Assembly: GCA_965247095.1 (NCBI GenBank)
Contig: OZ251997.1
Location: 2,368,001 to 2,432,000, forward strand
Length of the DNA: 64,000 nucleotides
Reading direction: 5' to 3'
Source: Candidatus Multivorans sp.
GTDB taxonomy: Bacteria > Acidobacteriota > Thermoanaerobaculia > Multivoradales > Multivoraceae
Numbering within the stretch: the first letter of the stretch is position 1; each line of letters begins with the position of its first letter. The notes under the pieces were generated by a model, which saw nothing but the letters and a program-made list of their open reading frames with translations, had not been told where the DNA came from and ran no database searches. The position numbers and the translations under genes were made by a program. Shown in pieces: positions 36,806 to 46,846 of the stretch.

Positions 36806-39181
36806 TCAGAGTCGCAGCCGCAACGAAGCCCGGAACGCCCGCGGCTCGGCCGGGCTCAGAAAGCGCGGATTCTTGAAGGCATCGCCAAGCACTTCGTCCG
36901 GCTCGCCGAGCGCCCCGAAGGTCTCGTACTCTCGGTCCGTGACGTTCGACACCTCGAAATCCAGGTCCAATGAAGGCGTAAGCTCGATCCGGCTCCACAG
37001 ATCACCCCGCCACGCCGACCCGACCGGTTCGAGCAGATTCGCCTCGTCGCCGCGCAGGTAGCGGCCGGAGTCGCCGAGCACGCGGGCGCCGAGCACCACC
37101 CGATCCGCGATCCGCACGTCCGCGCCGGCCCGGAACTGGCGCCGCGGCACGCCCGGAATGAAGTCGCCCGCCTCGACTTCGATCTCGCCGTCCGTCGCCA
37201 TCGGATGCGCCGGGCTCGACAGGGTCAATCGATCCTGGAAGGTCGCATCCAGCAGGGTGTATGACGCATCCCAGTTCAGCGAGCCGGTTCGACCGCGAAT
37301 CCACAACTCCAGGCCCTGCCGGCGGGTCGCGTCGACGTTGGTGAAGTACCCGGCGCTGGTCCCGGCGCCGCTGGAGACGAAGATGATGTCTTCGGCGCTG
37401 TCGCTGTGGAACAACGCGGCGCTCCAGCACACGGCGCCGCTCCTGCCGCGCAGGCCGATCTCGGCGCTGGTCGTCACCACCTGGTCGAGCGGCGGATCGG
37501 CGACGAAAGCGTTGGGCAACCGGCAGGGATCGTCCGGGTCCGCACAGGTCAGCTCCACCGGCGTCGGCACACGCGCCGACTGCGAGACGTTGGCGAACAG
37601 CAGGACGGCCGACCGCTCCCGGGCACTCGCCTCCCAGACGAAACCGGCCGAAGGCAGGAGACGGGAGTAGTCGTGATCGCCGTCAAGCGCCGTCCCCAGA
37701 CGGTCGTTCAGTTCGACCGAGCTGTCGTTGTAGCGGGCCTGCAGAGTCCAGGTCAGCCGGTCGGCGGCGGTGGTCCAGTGCCGCATCGCCCAGACGCCGT
37801 AGTGCCCGGTCTCCGCGCGCAGACCGACTTCGGAACCCGTGAGCAGCATGCCGCTGCCGACGGTGGTCCTGGTCGGAGTCAGTTCGGCGAGTTCGGTGTC
37901 GAAGGCGAAGTCCGCCCGCCCGCCGTCCCACGACGCACCGGCGAGCCAGCGGCCGGAGTCCGTCAGCCCCGCGAGCTGGATCGAGCCGCCCCAGCCCTCC
38001 TGCTCGGTGCGGCTCCTGTTGTTCACGGCATCGAATTCGTCGAAATCGCGGCCGTCCAAGCGGTCGTCCGCGTCCTCGTTGTAACCGTCGATCTCGTCGT
38101 CATCGTCGGCCTCGAAGGCGTCCGCGTTGTACGTGTCGACATCGTTTGCCCGCAAATAGACCGACGCATCGAGCTCCAGGTTCGGGCCGTACTGCCGCCC
38201 GATCCGAAGCCGCGGGAAGAACAGGTCGTTCCGGGTGCGGTCGGGATGCGTGAACACCTCGGTGCGATCGAGTTCGAGCAACTCGACCGGCGTTACACCA
38301 TTGCCGATCAGTTCGTTGTCCGCAACGCCCAGCGTGAACTCCATGTGCCCACCTTCGCCGCGCTGCGAGAACTTCAGGAGCGCCTGCCCCAGCGAACTGG
38401 GCGAGAAGTCGCGCCAGCCATCCTCCTCGTAGGACCTCGCGGCCACGAACCAACCGAGACCGTCCTCCGAGCCGAAGACGCCGCCGGCACTCAACTCGCC
38501 CGACCGGCGCCCGAACGATCCGCCCTCCAGGGTCAGGCCTAGCCGCTCCGAGTCGAAGCCGCTACGCGTGTTCAGGGCGATCGCTCCGCCAAGCGTGTTC
38601 AGGCCGAACATCGGGTTCGCGCCGGGAAGCAGCTCGATCCGCTCCGCCGCGAACATCGGCACGAGATCCCAGGCCACGATGTCGCCGAAGACCTCGTTGA
38701 CGCGAACGCCGTCCTCGTACAGCGACAGCCCCTGGTTGGCGCCCAGGAGGGGCGACGCGCCAAAGCCGCGGTAGAGCACATCGGCCTGGAGGGAACTGCC
38801 CTGAGCCGCCGACACGTGAACGCCCGGCAGTTCGGCTTCGAGCAGAACGCCGACGCCACCGGCAACTCCTCGCTCCAGGGCTTCTGAAGAAACGCGATGG
38901 ACCGTCCAGGGCACGCGATCCGACACCTCGCCCAGACGATCCAGCGGAGCAAGGCCCACGACCTCGATCTCCTCCGAGAAGGCACCTTCCGCGTGCAAGT
39001 TCTCCTCCTCGTCGCGGGCATGGTCGTGTTCACCGTCGCGCGGGTGCTCCTGCGCGGACAAATGAGCGCTCCCCGCCCAACACAGGAAGCTGGCCAAACC
39101 CAACGGCAGAAGCCGGCGCCGTGACCAGGATTCACTCATCTTGCCGGCAAGGCTCCACTTCTGATGTTTCGCCGTGTCCAC
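36806..39181 (-). CDS. TonB-dependent receptor
   Basis: EEIEVV TonB box, plug motif RIELLPGANPMFGLNTLGGAI, C-terminal beta strand. Start may be about 14 codons later. Confidence 0.92.
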   Translation of the reverse strand: MDTAKHQKWSLAGKMSESWSRRRLLPLGLASFLCWAGSAHLSAQEHPRDGEHDHARDEEENLHAEGAFSEEIEVVGLAPLDRLGEVSDRVPWTVHRVSSEALERGVAGGVGVLLEAELPGVHVSAAQGSSLQADVLYRGFGASPLLGANQGLSLYEDGVRVNEVFGDIVAWDLVPMFAAERIELLPGANPMFGLNTLGGAIALNTRSGFDSERLGLTLEGGSFGRRSGELSAGGVFGSEDGLGWFVAARSYEEDGWRDFSPSSLGQALLKFSQRGEGGHMEFTLGVADNELIGNGVTPVELLELDRTEVFTHPDRTRNDLFFPRLRIGRQYGPNLELDASVYLRANDVDTYNADAFEADDDDEIDGYNEDADDRLDGRDFDEFDAVNNRSRTEQEGWGGSIQLAGLTDSGRWLAGASWDGGRADFAFDTELAELTPTRTTVGSGMLLTGSEVGLRAETGHYGVWAMRHWTTAADRLTWTLQARYNDSSVELNDRLGTALDGDHDYSRLLPSAGFVWEASARERSAVLLFANVSQSARVPTPVELTCADPDDPCRLPNAFVADPPLDQVVTTSAEIGLRGRSGAVCWSAALFHSDSAEDIIFVSSGAGTSAGYFTNVDATRRQGLELWIRGRTGSLNWDASYTLLDATFQDRLTLSSPAHPMATDGEIEVEAGDFIPGVPRRQFRAGADVRIADRVVLGARVLGDSGRYLRGDEANLLEPVGSAWRGDLWSRIELTPSLDLDFEVSNVTDREYETFGALGEPDEVLGDAFKNPRFLSPAEPRAFRASLRLRL

Positions 39182-39237
39182 AGACGGTCAACGCTAGCGC
39201 GGGAGCGCCGCGCATACTCGTCGCTACACTTCAAGCC

Positions 39238-40575
39238 ATGATTCACCGCCACATTCGACCGTCGACCCGCGTACTGGCGATGAGCGCTCTCGCCCTCGTA
39301 TCGCTGTCGCACGCGAGCGCCCAACCACCTCGCATCAACACCGACGACCTGCCGCGACTCGAAGCCTTCTCGCACGCCACCCGGGTCGGCGATCTGATCT
39401 TCGTCGCCGGCACGCTCGGTACGGTGGGTCAGAGCTTCGACCTCGCACCGGGCGGAATCGGCCCGCAGACCACGCAGGCGCTTGAGAACATCGGGACGAT
39501 CCTCGAGGCGGCGGGGTCGGACCTGGCGCATGTCGCCAAGTGCACCGTCTACATCACCGACATGGCCGCGTTCAACGACATGAACGCGGCCTACGTCGCG
39601 ACGTTCGGCGACAGTCCGCCGGCGCGAGCGACAATCGAGTCGCCGACGTTGGCCCTGGGCGCCTCGGTCGAAATCGAGTGCATCGCTCAGCGGCGGCGTC
39701 CGAATCAACGGCAGGCACGCGGGGAGCAGATGGAACGTTCCAGACGAAACCGCAGCCGCGACACAAACACCGCGCCGAGTCCCGTCGGCGGCACGATCGG
39801 GGTGCCCGCGGGCGGCGAGGACGCCACGGCCGAAGAGACGATCTACTACGAGGTCACGGGCGTTGGCGAACCCCTGGTCCTCAGTCACGGCGCCGGCGGC
39901 AATCACGCGATCTGGTTCGAGCAGGTGGCCTTCTTCTCGCGGCGCTACAAGGTCATCACCTGGGATCAGCGCTCGTTCGGCAACTCGACGGACCACGCGG
40001 GACGCCACAACGCGGAGGCCTTCGCGGCCGACCTGCTCGCGCTGCTCGACCACCTGGAGATCGACAAGGCGCACGTGGCGGGGCAGTCGATGGGCGGCTG
40101 GACCACCGTGCGCTTCGCCCTGGACCACCCGGATCGGGTGCGATCGGTGATCCTCGCCGACACCACCGGCGGCATCGTCACCGACGAGGTTCGGGCGGAC
40201 TACGAGCGGCTCATGACCGGGGAAGCGCGCGCCGAGGCCGAGCGGGCGCGCGCCGAAGGCCGTCTCGACGAGGCTCCGATGCGGGCCTTTCTCTACGGCC
40301 AGATCAGCAGCCTGAACGGAGAGCGCCCGACGGACATCGGGGCCATGCTGTTCGGCGTCGACTACGCACCCCGCGCCGCCGAGCTCACGATGCCGGTGCT
40401 CATGATCGTCGGCTCGGAAGATCCGCTGTTCCGGCCGCCGTCGATCCGCACGATCGCCAACCTGCTGCCGAACGTCCGCGTCGTCGAGATCCCCGGCGCC
40501 GGCCACTCGCCGTACTTCTACCAGCCCGAGCAGTGGAACCGGATCGTTCTGGAGTTCCTGCGCGAACAGGACTAG
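39238..40575 (+). CDS. RidA-family domain fused to an alpha/beta hydrolase
   Basis: Signal-like N-terminus, RidA motifs (FNDMNAAY, PPARAT, VEIEC), then HGAGG, GQSMGG and GHSPY. Confidence 0.8.
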   Translation: MIHRHIRPSTRVLAMSALALVSLSHASAQPPRINTDDLPRLEAFSHATRVGDLIFVAGTLGTVGQSFDLAPGGIGPQTTQALENIGTILEAAGSDLAHVAKCTVYITDMAAFNDMNAAYVATFGDSPPARATIESPTLALGASVEIECIAQRRRPNQRQARGEQMERSRRNRSRDTNTAPSPVGGTIGVPAGGEDATAEETIYYEVTGVGEPLVLSHGAGGNHAIWFEQVAFFSRRYKVITWDQRSFGNSTDHAGRHNAEAFAADLLALLDHLEIDKAHVAGQSMGGWTTVRFALDHPDRVRSVILADTTGGIVTDEVRADYERLMTGEARAEAERARAEGRLDEAPMRAFLYGQISSLNGERPTDIGAMLFGVDYAPRAAELTMPVLMIVGSEDPLFRPPSIRTIANLLPNVRVVEIPGAGHSPYFYQPEQWNRIVLEFLREQD

Positions 40576-40590
40576 AGCGGCAGAACTCCC

Positions 40591-40639
40591 AGAGGCCGGC
40601 GCTTCGCGCCGGATGCGGGCGAGACGCCCGCGAACCAGG
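40591..40639. repeat. REP-like palindrome
   Basis: GGCCGGCGCTTCGCGCCGGATGCGGGCGAGACGCCCGCG between convergent genes. Confidence 0.8.
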
Positions 40640-40662
40640 GGCGGAGCGGTCGCCCGCAGCAC

Positions 40663-41529
40663 CTAACCGGCGTCGCGCCAGCGGCGGTGGCCCCAGAGAT
40701 ACTGGTCCGGGTCGCGGCGGATCGCCTCTTCAAGGTGCGTGTTCAGCGTGACGAGGATCGCCTCCACGTCGGCGTTCCGGTCGCCGCTCCGCATCTGCTC
40801 GATCAGCGGTGACAGGGTCAACTCGAAGGTCATCGGGGCCGTCCGCCGGCAGGTCGCGAAGCACAGCGGCGCCCGGGTCACGAGGTGGAGCATCGCGGCG
40901 GTCGTGTGCGTTTTCGCCGGGTGGCCGAAGAACGGGACGTCGACGCCCCGGCGCGCGTGCTGATCGACGAGCAGCGCGAGGATCTCGCCGTCCCCCAGGA
41001 GCCTGATGAACCGCCCCGGGTCCGGGTCGTACTTGGGGATCATCCGGAACTCGCGCCGCGGCCGACGACTGAGCGCGAGCTCCTGCACCCGGGGGTTGTT
41101 CATCGGCCGCGAGATGCCGGCGACCGGCTTGTACCGGGACAGCCACTGGCCTGCGAGCTCCCAATTGCCGAAGTGACCGGAGACGACGATCAGGCCGCGA
41201 TCGGGATCGTCCAGCACCGCCTGCACGTCGTCCGGTATCCGGACCCGCACCCGGTCCGGATCGTCGAGCACCAGCGCCGACTTCATCGACTCGACCAGCA
41301 CCGCCCCCATGTGGCGCGCGGCGGCGGCGCCGATTGCACGCGCCTCGCCCAGGTCGCCGGCGACGCCGGCCCGCAGGATGTTACTGATCGCCACCCGGCG
41401 TCGCGGCCGGTCGGCTGTCCACCACAACGCCCCCAGCCAGCCAGCCCAGCGGGACGCGGCAGCCGGCGGCAGCAGATCGACGCCGAACAGCGCCAGCCGC
41501 GCCGCCCAGTATTCAAGAAGGTGAAGCAC
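40663..41529 (-). CDS. Lipid A late acyltransferase-like (HtrB/LpxL family); start uncertain
   Basis: SGHFGNWE, LLVDQ, VPFFG, PDQYLWGHRRW. Confidence 0.88.
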   Translation of the reverse strand: MLHLLEYWAARLALFGVDLLPPAAASRWAGWLGALWWTADRPRRRVAISNILRAGVAGDLGEARAIGAAAARHMGAVLVESMKSALVLDDPDRVRVRIPDDVQAVLDDPDRGLIVVSGHFGNWELAGQWLSRYKPVAGISRPMNNPRVQELALSRRPRREFRMIPKYDPDPGRFIRLLGDGEILALLVDQHARRGVDVPFFGHPAKTHTTAAMLHLVTRAPLCFATCRRTAPMTFELTLSPLIEQMRSGDRNADVEAILVTLNTHLEEAIRRDPDQYLWGHRRWRDAG

Positions 41530-41572
41530 CCGGGCCGCTGGAGAGACGGAGCGCCTTCGGCGGCGACCGCGG

Positions 41573-41827
41573 TCAGGCTCCGTTCTGTTGCAACAGGGCG
41601 ATGATCTCGCCGACCGAACGCGTCTTGACGACCTGCTTCGGCTCGAGCGCGATACCGAACTCCTCCTCCACGTCATACAGCACGTCGAGGATGGTCAAGG
41701 AGTCGAAACCCAGCGACTCGATCGTCGTCTCGGGCGCCACGGCGTCCCAGTCCCGCTCCTCGACCGCGCTGTCGCGCAGCACGTCCCGCAGCCGGCCCAG
41801 AATCTCCGTCGTGGCGTCGCCGTCCAT
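41573..41827 (-). CDS. Acyl carrier protein
   Basis: LGFDSL..EEEFGI. Confidence 0.9.
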   Translation of the reverse strand: MDGDATTEILGRLRDVLRDSAVEERDWDAVAPETTIESLGFDSLTILDVLYDVEEEFGIALEPKQVVKTRSVGEIIALLQQNGA

Positions 41828-41879
41828 TGGGCGGGAAGGTTATCGCCGATCCGTCAGACACGGGCGCGATGCCCGCGCT

Positions 41880-43121
41880 CTACTCCCCCGGACCCAGCAC
41901 CAGCACGCCGTTGCTGCCGCCGAAGCCGAAGCTGTTCTTCATCACCAAGGGCCGTTCGAGAGGCTCCGGTTCTCTGCCCACGAGACGAACCCGGCATTCG
42001 GGATCGGGCCGCTCGAGGTTCAGGTTCGGCGGCAACAGGCCGCGTTCGATGCCGAGCAGCGCCGCAATCGCCTCGATCGCGCCGGACGCGCCGAGAGTGT
42101 GTCCGAAGTAGGACTTGTTCGCCGAAACCGGGACCCGGTCGGCTGCATCGCCGAGCACGGCGCGGAGCGATTCGCTCTCGCAGAGGTCGTTGGCGCGGGT
42201 CGCGGTGCCGTGTGCGTTCACGGCGCCGAGGTCGGACGGCGCGACGCCAGCCGACTCAAGCGCCGCATGCATCGCCACCGCCTGACCCTCGGCGCTCGGA
42301 CTGGTCAGGTGGCTGGCGTCGGACGACTCGCCATAGCCGACGATCTCACCGCGGATTCGCGCCCCCCGGCTGCGGGCGTGGTCCCACGACTCGACGACCA
42401 GCATGCCGGCGCCCTCGCCGAACACGGTGCCGTCGCGGTCGGCGTCGAAGGGACGGCAGGCGCGGGCGGGGTCCGGGTTCTCCGACATCACGCCCAGGTT
42501 GTTCCAGACTCCGAAGTAGAACGGGTCGAAGAAGCCGTCCGCACCGCCGCTGAGCACGGTGTCCGCGTAGCCGTCGCGCACCATGCGGTAGGCCATGCCG
42601 ATCGCGTTCGTCGCCGACGTGCAGGCCGAGACGACGACGTAGTTGATGCCGGTCAGCTTGAAGTGGATCGAGACGCCGGCCGAGATCGAGTTGTACATGC
42701 ACCGCGGCACGGTCGACGGCCGAAGGCCCCGCACGCCGCGCTCGTGGAAGCGCTGCTGGCCGGTGGTGTGGCTCTCGGCCGAGCCGGCGCCGGTGCCCAG
42801 GATGACCGCCACAGGCTGCGGCTCGAAGGGCGGCGCCCCGTCGATCAGACCCGCTTCCTCGAGCGCGTCGGCAGCGGCGACGAGCCCGAGGTCGACGGCG
42901 CGGTCGGTAGGTCGGCGGCGCAGGCGCTTCAGACCGTCGCGCACGGCATCCGCGTCGACCTCCGCGCCGATGCCGACCTTCAGCGCCGACACGTCGAGCG
43001 ACTGGAGCTTGCCCACGCCGCCGCGACCGGCGACCAGGTTGTCCCAGAAGGACTCGACATCCGTGCCGACGGCGCAGGCGACGCCGAGTCCGGTGACAGC
43101 GACTCGGCGTGGGTCAGGCAT
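41880..43121 (-). CDS. fabF: Beta-ketoacyl-ACP synthase II-like
   Basis: SACTSA, NAHGTAT, KSYFGHTLGASG, NSFGFGG. Confidence 0.9.
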   Translation of the reverse strand: MPDPRRVAVTGLGVACAVGTDVESFWDNLVAGRGGVGKLQSLDVSALKVGIGAEVDADAVRDGLKRLRRRPTDRAVDLGLVAAADALEEAGLIDGAPPFEPQPVAVILGTGAGSAESHTTGQQRFHERGVRGLRPSTVPRCMYNSISAGVSIHFKLTGINYVVVSACTSATNAIGMAYRMVRDGYADTVLSGGADGFFDPFYFGVWNNLGVMSENPDPARACRPFDADRDGTVFGEGAGMLVVESWDHARSRGARIRGEIVGYGESSDASHLTSPSAEGQAVAMHAALESAGVAPSDLGAVNAHGTATRANDLCESESLRAVLGDAADRVPVSANKSYFGHTLGASGAIEAIAALLGIERGLLPPNLNLERPDPECRVRLVGREPEPLERPLVMKNSFGFGGSNGVLVLGPGE

Positions 43122-43147
43122 GGTGGCGCCGTTTCGGTTCGATCATC

Positions 43148-43213
43148 GCCGGATGCGGGCGAGACGCCCGCGTTCCCAGGCGCGGATGCGGGCGAGACGT
43201 CCGCGTGCCCAGG
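43148..43213. repeat. Tandem pair of REP-like palindromes
   Basis: GGATGCGGGCGAGACG(C/T)CCGCGT(T/G)CCCAGG twice. Confidence 0.8.
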
Positions 43214-43216
43214 AAC

Positions 43217-43960
43217 CTAGCCATACATCGACAACCCGCCGTTGACGTGGAGCACCTGACCGGTGACGTACGAAGACTCCGAGGACAGCAGGAAGGTGAC
43301 GACGGCGGCGACCTCGGCCGGCGTTCCCATCCGGCCGAGCGGCACGCGCAGTCTCTGCCGCTGGTCTTCGGTGAGCTCGACCGTCATGTCGGTCTCGATG
43401 AAGCCCGGCGACACCGCGTTGCAACGGACCCCGAAACGGGCCGCCTCGAGGGCGAGACTGCGGGTGAGGCTGACCAGACCCGCCTTGGAGGCGGCGTAGT
43501 CGGCGCCCATCCAACCTCCCGGGCCGTGTGCCGCGAGAGACGCCATGTTCACGATGCTGCCGCTCCTCGCCTTGCGCATGACACGGTAGGCAGCGCGCGC
43601 GGCGGCGAACGAGGCTTCGAGGTTCACGCGCTGGGTCGCCCGCCAGGATTCGAGGTCGAGACCCCGAAACGCAACGGCGCGGCCGCCGCCGGCGTTGTTC
43701 ACCAGACCGTCGATGCGGCCGCAACGATCGACGACCTGCTCCACGAGCGCCGCCGCGTTCTCCGGCTCGTCGAGATCGGCGGCCAGCGGGAAGGCGGCGT
43801 CACTACCGAGTTCGCGGCACACCGCCTCCACCTTCGCCAGCTCACGTCCGTGTACGGCCACCGTCGCACCGAGTTCGACCGCAGCCTCGGCCGTCGCCCG
43901 GCCGATGCCGCGCGTCGAACCGGTGACCAGGACCACTTGGCCGGAGAGTGAGGCAGTCAT
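43217..43960 (-). CDS. fabG: 3-oxoacyl-ACP reductase-like SDR
   Basis: TGSTRGIG, NNAG, YAASK, PGFIETDMT. Confidence 0.85.
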   Translation of the reverse strand: MTASLSGQVVLVTGSTRGIGRATAEAAVELGATVAVHGRELAKVEAVCRELGSDAAFPLAADLDEPENAAALVEQVVDRCGRIDGLVNNAGGGRAVAFRGLDLESWRATQRVNLEASFAAARAAYRVMRKARSGSIVNMASLAAHGPGGWMGADYAASKAGLVSLTRSLALEAARFGVRCNAVSPGFIETDMTVELTEDQRQRLRVPLGRMGTPAEVAAVVTFLLSSESSYVTGQVLHVNGGLSMYG

Positions 43961-44023
43961 CGTGCGAACCGGGCGCAATGGTAGCGCCGCGGCGATCGCG
44001 CGGTGCGCGTACGATTCCCCACC

Positions 44024-46846
44024 GTGACGCGCCTACAGGTAGACGGACAGTCGATCGAGGCTCAGCCGGGCGACAGCCTGCTGGCCGCCATGTTGCGGGC
44101 CGGTCTGCATCCGACCGGCGGCGGCTGCCTGTGCCTGGGCGGCGACTGCCCGCATTGCCTGGCCACGGTCGACGGCGCCGCCTACACCCGGAGCTGCCAG
44201 GTGCGGGCGGAGGCCGGCATGGTCGTGCGCCGGGATCATCTCGGGAACGAGGCGCCGCCGCTGCTGCCGGAGGAGGCGCGAGCCGACATCGAGCCGGCGC
44301 CCGCACACCACATCCACTGCGACACGGTGATCATCGGCCAGGGCGACTCGGGCCGCCGCGCCGGCGCGGACGCCCGTGCCGCGGGGCAGGACGTGATCAC
44401 CCTCGACGCCCGGGAGGGGCAGCACGTCACCGGCGTCTACCCTGGCCCTCTCGTTGTCGCACTCGACGACGCCGGGCGGGTGCTCCACGTTCATCCGAAG
44501 CGGGAGATCGTGGTTGCCGCCGGTGCCGCGGAAGTCCAACCGGTCGTTCCCGGCAGCGACCTCGAAGGCCTCATGACCGCCCGCGCTGCCGCCGACCTTG
44601 CCGCGGCCGGCATCGACTTCGGCCGCATCGTGTCGCTGGGCGACTGGCTGCCCGACCTGCCGGCGGACGTCTTTAGCCGCCACCTCCCGCTCGGTGAGGA
44701 CGGTTGGGACCTCATCCGTTTCGAGGGCCGGCGCCGCATCGAGGCGGTCGTCGTCCATCCCCATGACGACCAGAACGCGCCAGAGCGACGGGTCGAGTGC
44801 GACACCGCGATCCTCGACCTCGGCCGCCAGCCCCGCAGCGCCCTGGCCCGGATGGCCTCCGACCTGCCGGTCCGAGTTGTCGGCCGTGCCGCGGAGGAGT
44901 CCGAACTGCCGCCCTGTCCGCGTGAAGGGACCGTCTGCCCGTGCAACGGCGTCACCGTCGCCGATCTCGACAGCGTGTGGGACCGCGGCTTCCAGGAGAT
45001 GGAGCTGCTGAAGCGCGCCACCCTCGCCGGCACCGGCGCCTGCCAGGGCGGCGTCTGCCTGCCCTACCTGCGGAGCTTCCTGCTGGAGCGGGGCGGCCGG
45101 CGCCAACCCGCGTTTACCGCCCGGCCGCTCAACCGGCAATTGACCGTACGCGAACTCGCCGCCGGCGCGCACAGCGCGGTTTCGGCCCGCTCGCAACTCC
45201 ACGACGAGCACCTGCGCCTGGGCGCGCGGATGGAGCGGGCCGGCGGCTGGTGGCGGCCCTGGACCTACGGCGAGCGGGACCAGGAGTACGCCGCCGTGCG
45301 CGAACGCGTCTCGCTCGGGGACGTGAGCTCACTCGGCAAGATGGCCATCGCCGGGCCGGACGCCGAGGCCTTCCTGGAACGGATAGTTCCGACCCGGGTC
45401 GGGACGATCCGGCCAGGCCGCTGCCGTTACGTGGTCATGCTGGATGAGCGCGGCTACCTGCTCGACGACGGGATGCTCTGCCGCGAAGCGGCGCAAGGTG
45501 ACGGCGACCGCTTCTTCTTGACCTCGACCTCCGGCGGCGCCGACTTCCTCGAACTCTGGCTGCGCGACTGGGCCGAGGCCTTCGGGTTCGATGTCCGTAT
45601 CCTGAACCAGACCGGCTCGCTGGCCGCGATCAACGTCACCGGACCGCAAGCCGCCCGGCTGCTGACGCGAGCCGGCGCCGCCGACCTACCCGAGTTCGGC
45701 CGCCACCAGCGCCTTCGTGTCGCCGGCATCGATTGCCGGGTCGTGCGGTTGAGCTTCACCGGCGAACTCTCCTACGAACTCCACCACGCGGCCGCCGACG
45801 CCGTCGACCTGTGGCAGCGGCTGCTCTCGGTCGGCGGCGAGTTGAGCGTCCGTCCTCACGGCTTGGAGACGCTGCTCCAACTGCGGCTTGAGAAGGGCCA
45901 CATCGTGATCGGCCAGGACACCGACTACGACTCGACTCCGCGCCGGCTCGGCTACGAATGGGCGGTCAACCTGAACAAGGGCGACTTCATCGGCCGCCAG
46001 GCGATTCTCAGAACCAGCAAGCAACCGCCCGATCGCAAACTGGTCGCACTCTGGATGGATGAGCCGCCGCTCCAGGAGCAACGCTCCTGCTCGACCGAAG
46101 GGTCGGCCATCTACGACGGTAAGCGCTATGCGGGCTACGTGACGTCGGGCGCCCCGGCGCCTGCCGGAAAACGCCGTCAAGCAGGCGGGGGCAGTCCCCT
46201 CCTGGGCTGGCTCTACCTCGACGAGAACGGCAACCTGCCCAGAGAGGTCACGATCGACGGCCAGCCGGCCCGCCGGCTCGACGGTCCGGCCTACGACCCG
46301 GAGGGAACACGGGCACGCGTTCCCGTCGACGGGCCGAGCGAGGCGCCCCAGAGGATCCCCGAGTTCCAGCCGACGCAATCCCGAGCGACCGACCTCAAGA
46401 GCGGGGTGACGCCCGGCCCGCCGCGCCTGCGACCGCTCGAAGCGACCCGGATCGCCGCGGCGCCCAGCGCCCTCGACGACCTGATCGAACGCCCGCCCTG
46501 GCCCGCCGCCGCCCTCGCTCTCCGCCTCGCCCCCGACGAACTCCTGGTTACGGCACGACCGGACTTCGAGGCTGCCGGCGACCCCCACGTAATCGTCGAG
46601 CGCGAGACCGGCTTCTCCTACGTCTGGCTCGATGTCGCCGACGCCGAGGCGCTGCTCGACCGCGAGTGCGACTGGGAACGGCCGAGCGCGCGGCCGGCCT
46701 TGGCCCAAGGCGAGGTCGCCGGCATCCCGGTCAAGCTCCGGTTCGAAGCCGAGAGGACGTTGGTTCTCGCGCCGACGCCCCTCTCCGCCGCGTTCCAGCG
46801 CCGCCTGAGCCGGGCGCTCGGCCACGCCGCCGGAGGCGCGGCATGA
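44024..46846 (+). CDS. Sarcosine oxidase alpha-like subunit (2Fe-2S, GcvT domains) with a gamma-like C-terminal extension
   Basis: CLCLGGDCPHC, GTGACQG, RPLNRQL, DVSSLGK, SFTGELSYE, LRLEKG. Confidence 0.85.
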   Translation: MTRLQVDGQSIEAQPGDSLLAAMLRAGLHPTGGGCLCLGGDCPHCLATVDGAAYTRSCQVRAEAGMVVRRDHLGNEAPPLLPEEARADIEPAPAHHIHCDTVIIGQGDSGRRAGADARAAGQDVITLDAREGQHVTGVYPGPLVVALDDAGRVLHVHPKREIVVAAGAAEVQPVVPGSDLEGLMTARAAADLAAAGIDFGRIVSLGDWLPDLPADVFSRHLPLGEDGWDLIRFEGRRRIEAVVVHPHDDQNAPERRVECDTAILDLGRQPRSALARMASDLPVRVVGRAAEESELPPCPREGTVCPCNGVTVADLDSVWDRGFQEMELLKRATLAGTGACQGGVCLPYLRSFLLERGGRRQPAFTARPLNRQLTVRELAAGAHSAVSARSQLHDEHLRLGARMERAGGWWRPWTYGERDQEYAAVRERVSLGDVSSLGKMAIAGPDAEAFLERIVPTRVGTIRPGRCRYVVMLDERGYLLDDGMLCREAAQGDGDRFFLTSTSGGADFLELWLRDWAEAFGFDVRILNQTGSLAAINVTGPQAARLLTRAGAADLPEFGRHQRLRVAGIDCRVVRLSFTGELSYELHHAAADAVDLWQRLLSVGGELSVRPHGLETLLQLRLEKGHIVIGQDTDYDSTPRRLGYEWAVNLNKGDFIGRQAILRTSKQPPDRKLVALWMDEPPLQEQRSCSTEGSAIYDGKRYAGYVTSGAPAPAGKRRQAGGGSPLLGWLYLDENGNLPREVTIDGQPARRLDGPAYDPEGTRARVPVDGPSEAPQRIPEFQPTQSRATDLKSGVTPGPPRLRPLEATRIAAAPSALDDLIERPPWPAAALALRLAPDELLVTARPDFEAAGDPHVIVERETGFSYVWLDVADAEALLDRECDWERPSARPALAQGEVAGIPVKLRFEAERTLVLAPTPLSAAFQRRLSRALGHAAGGAA

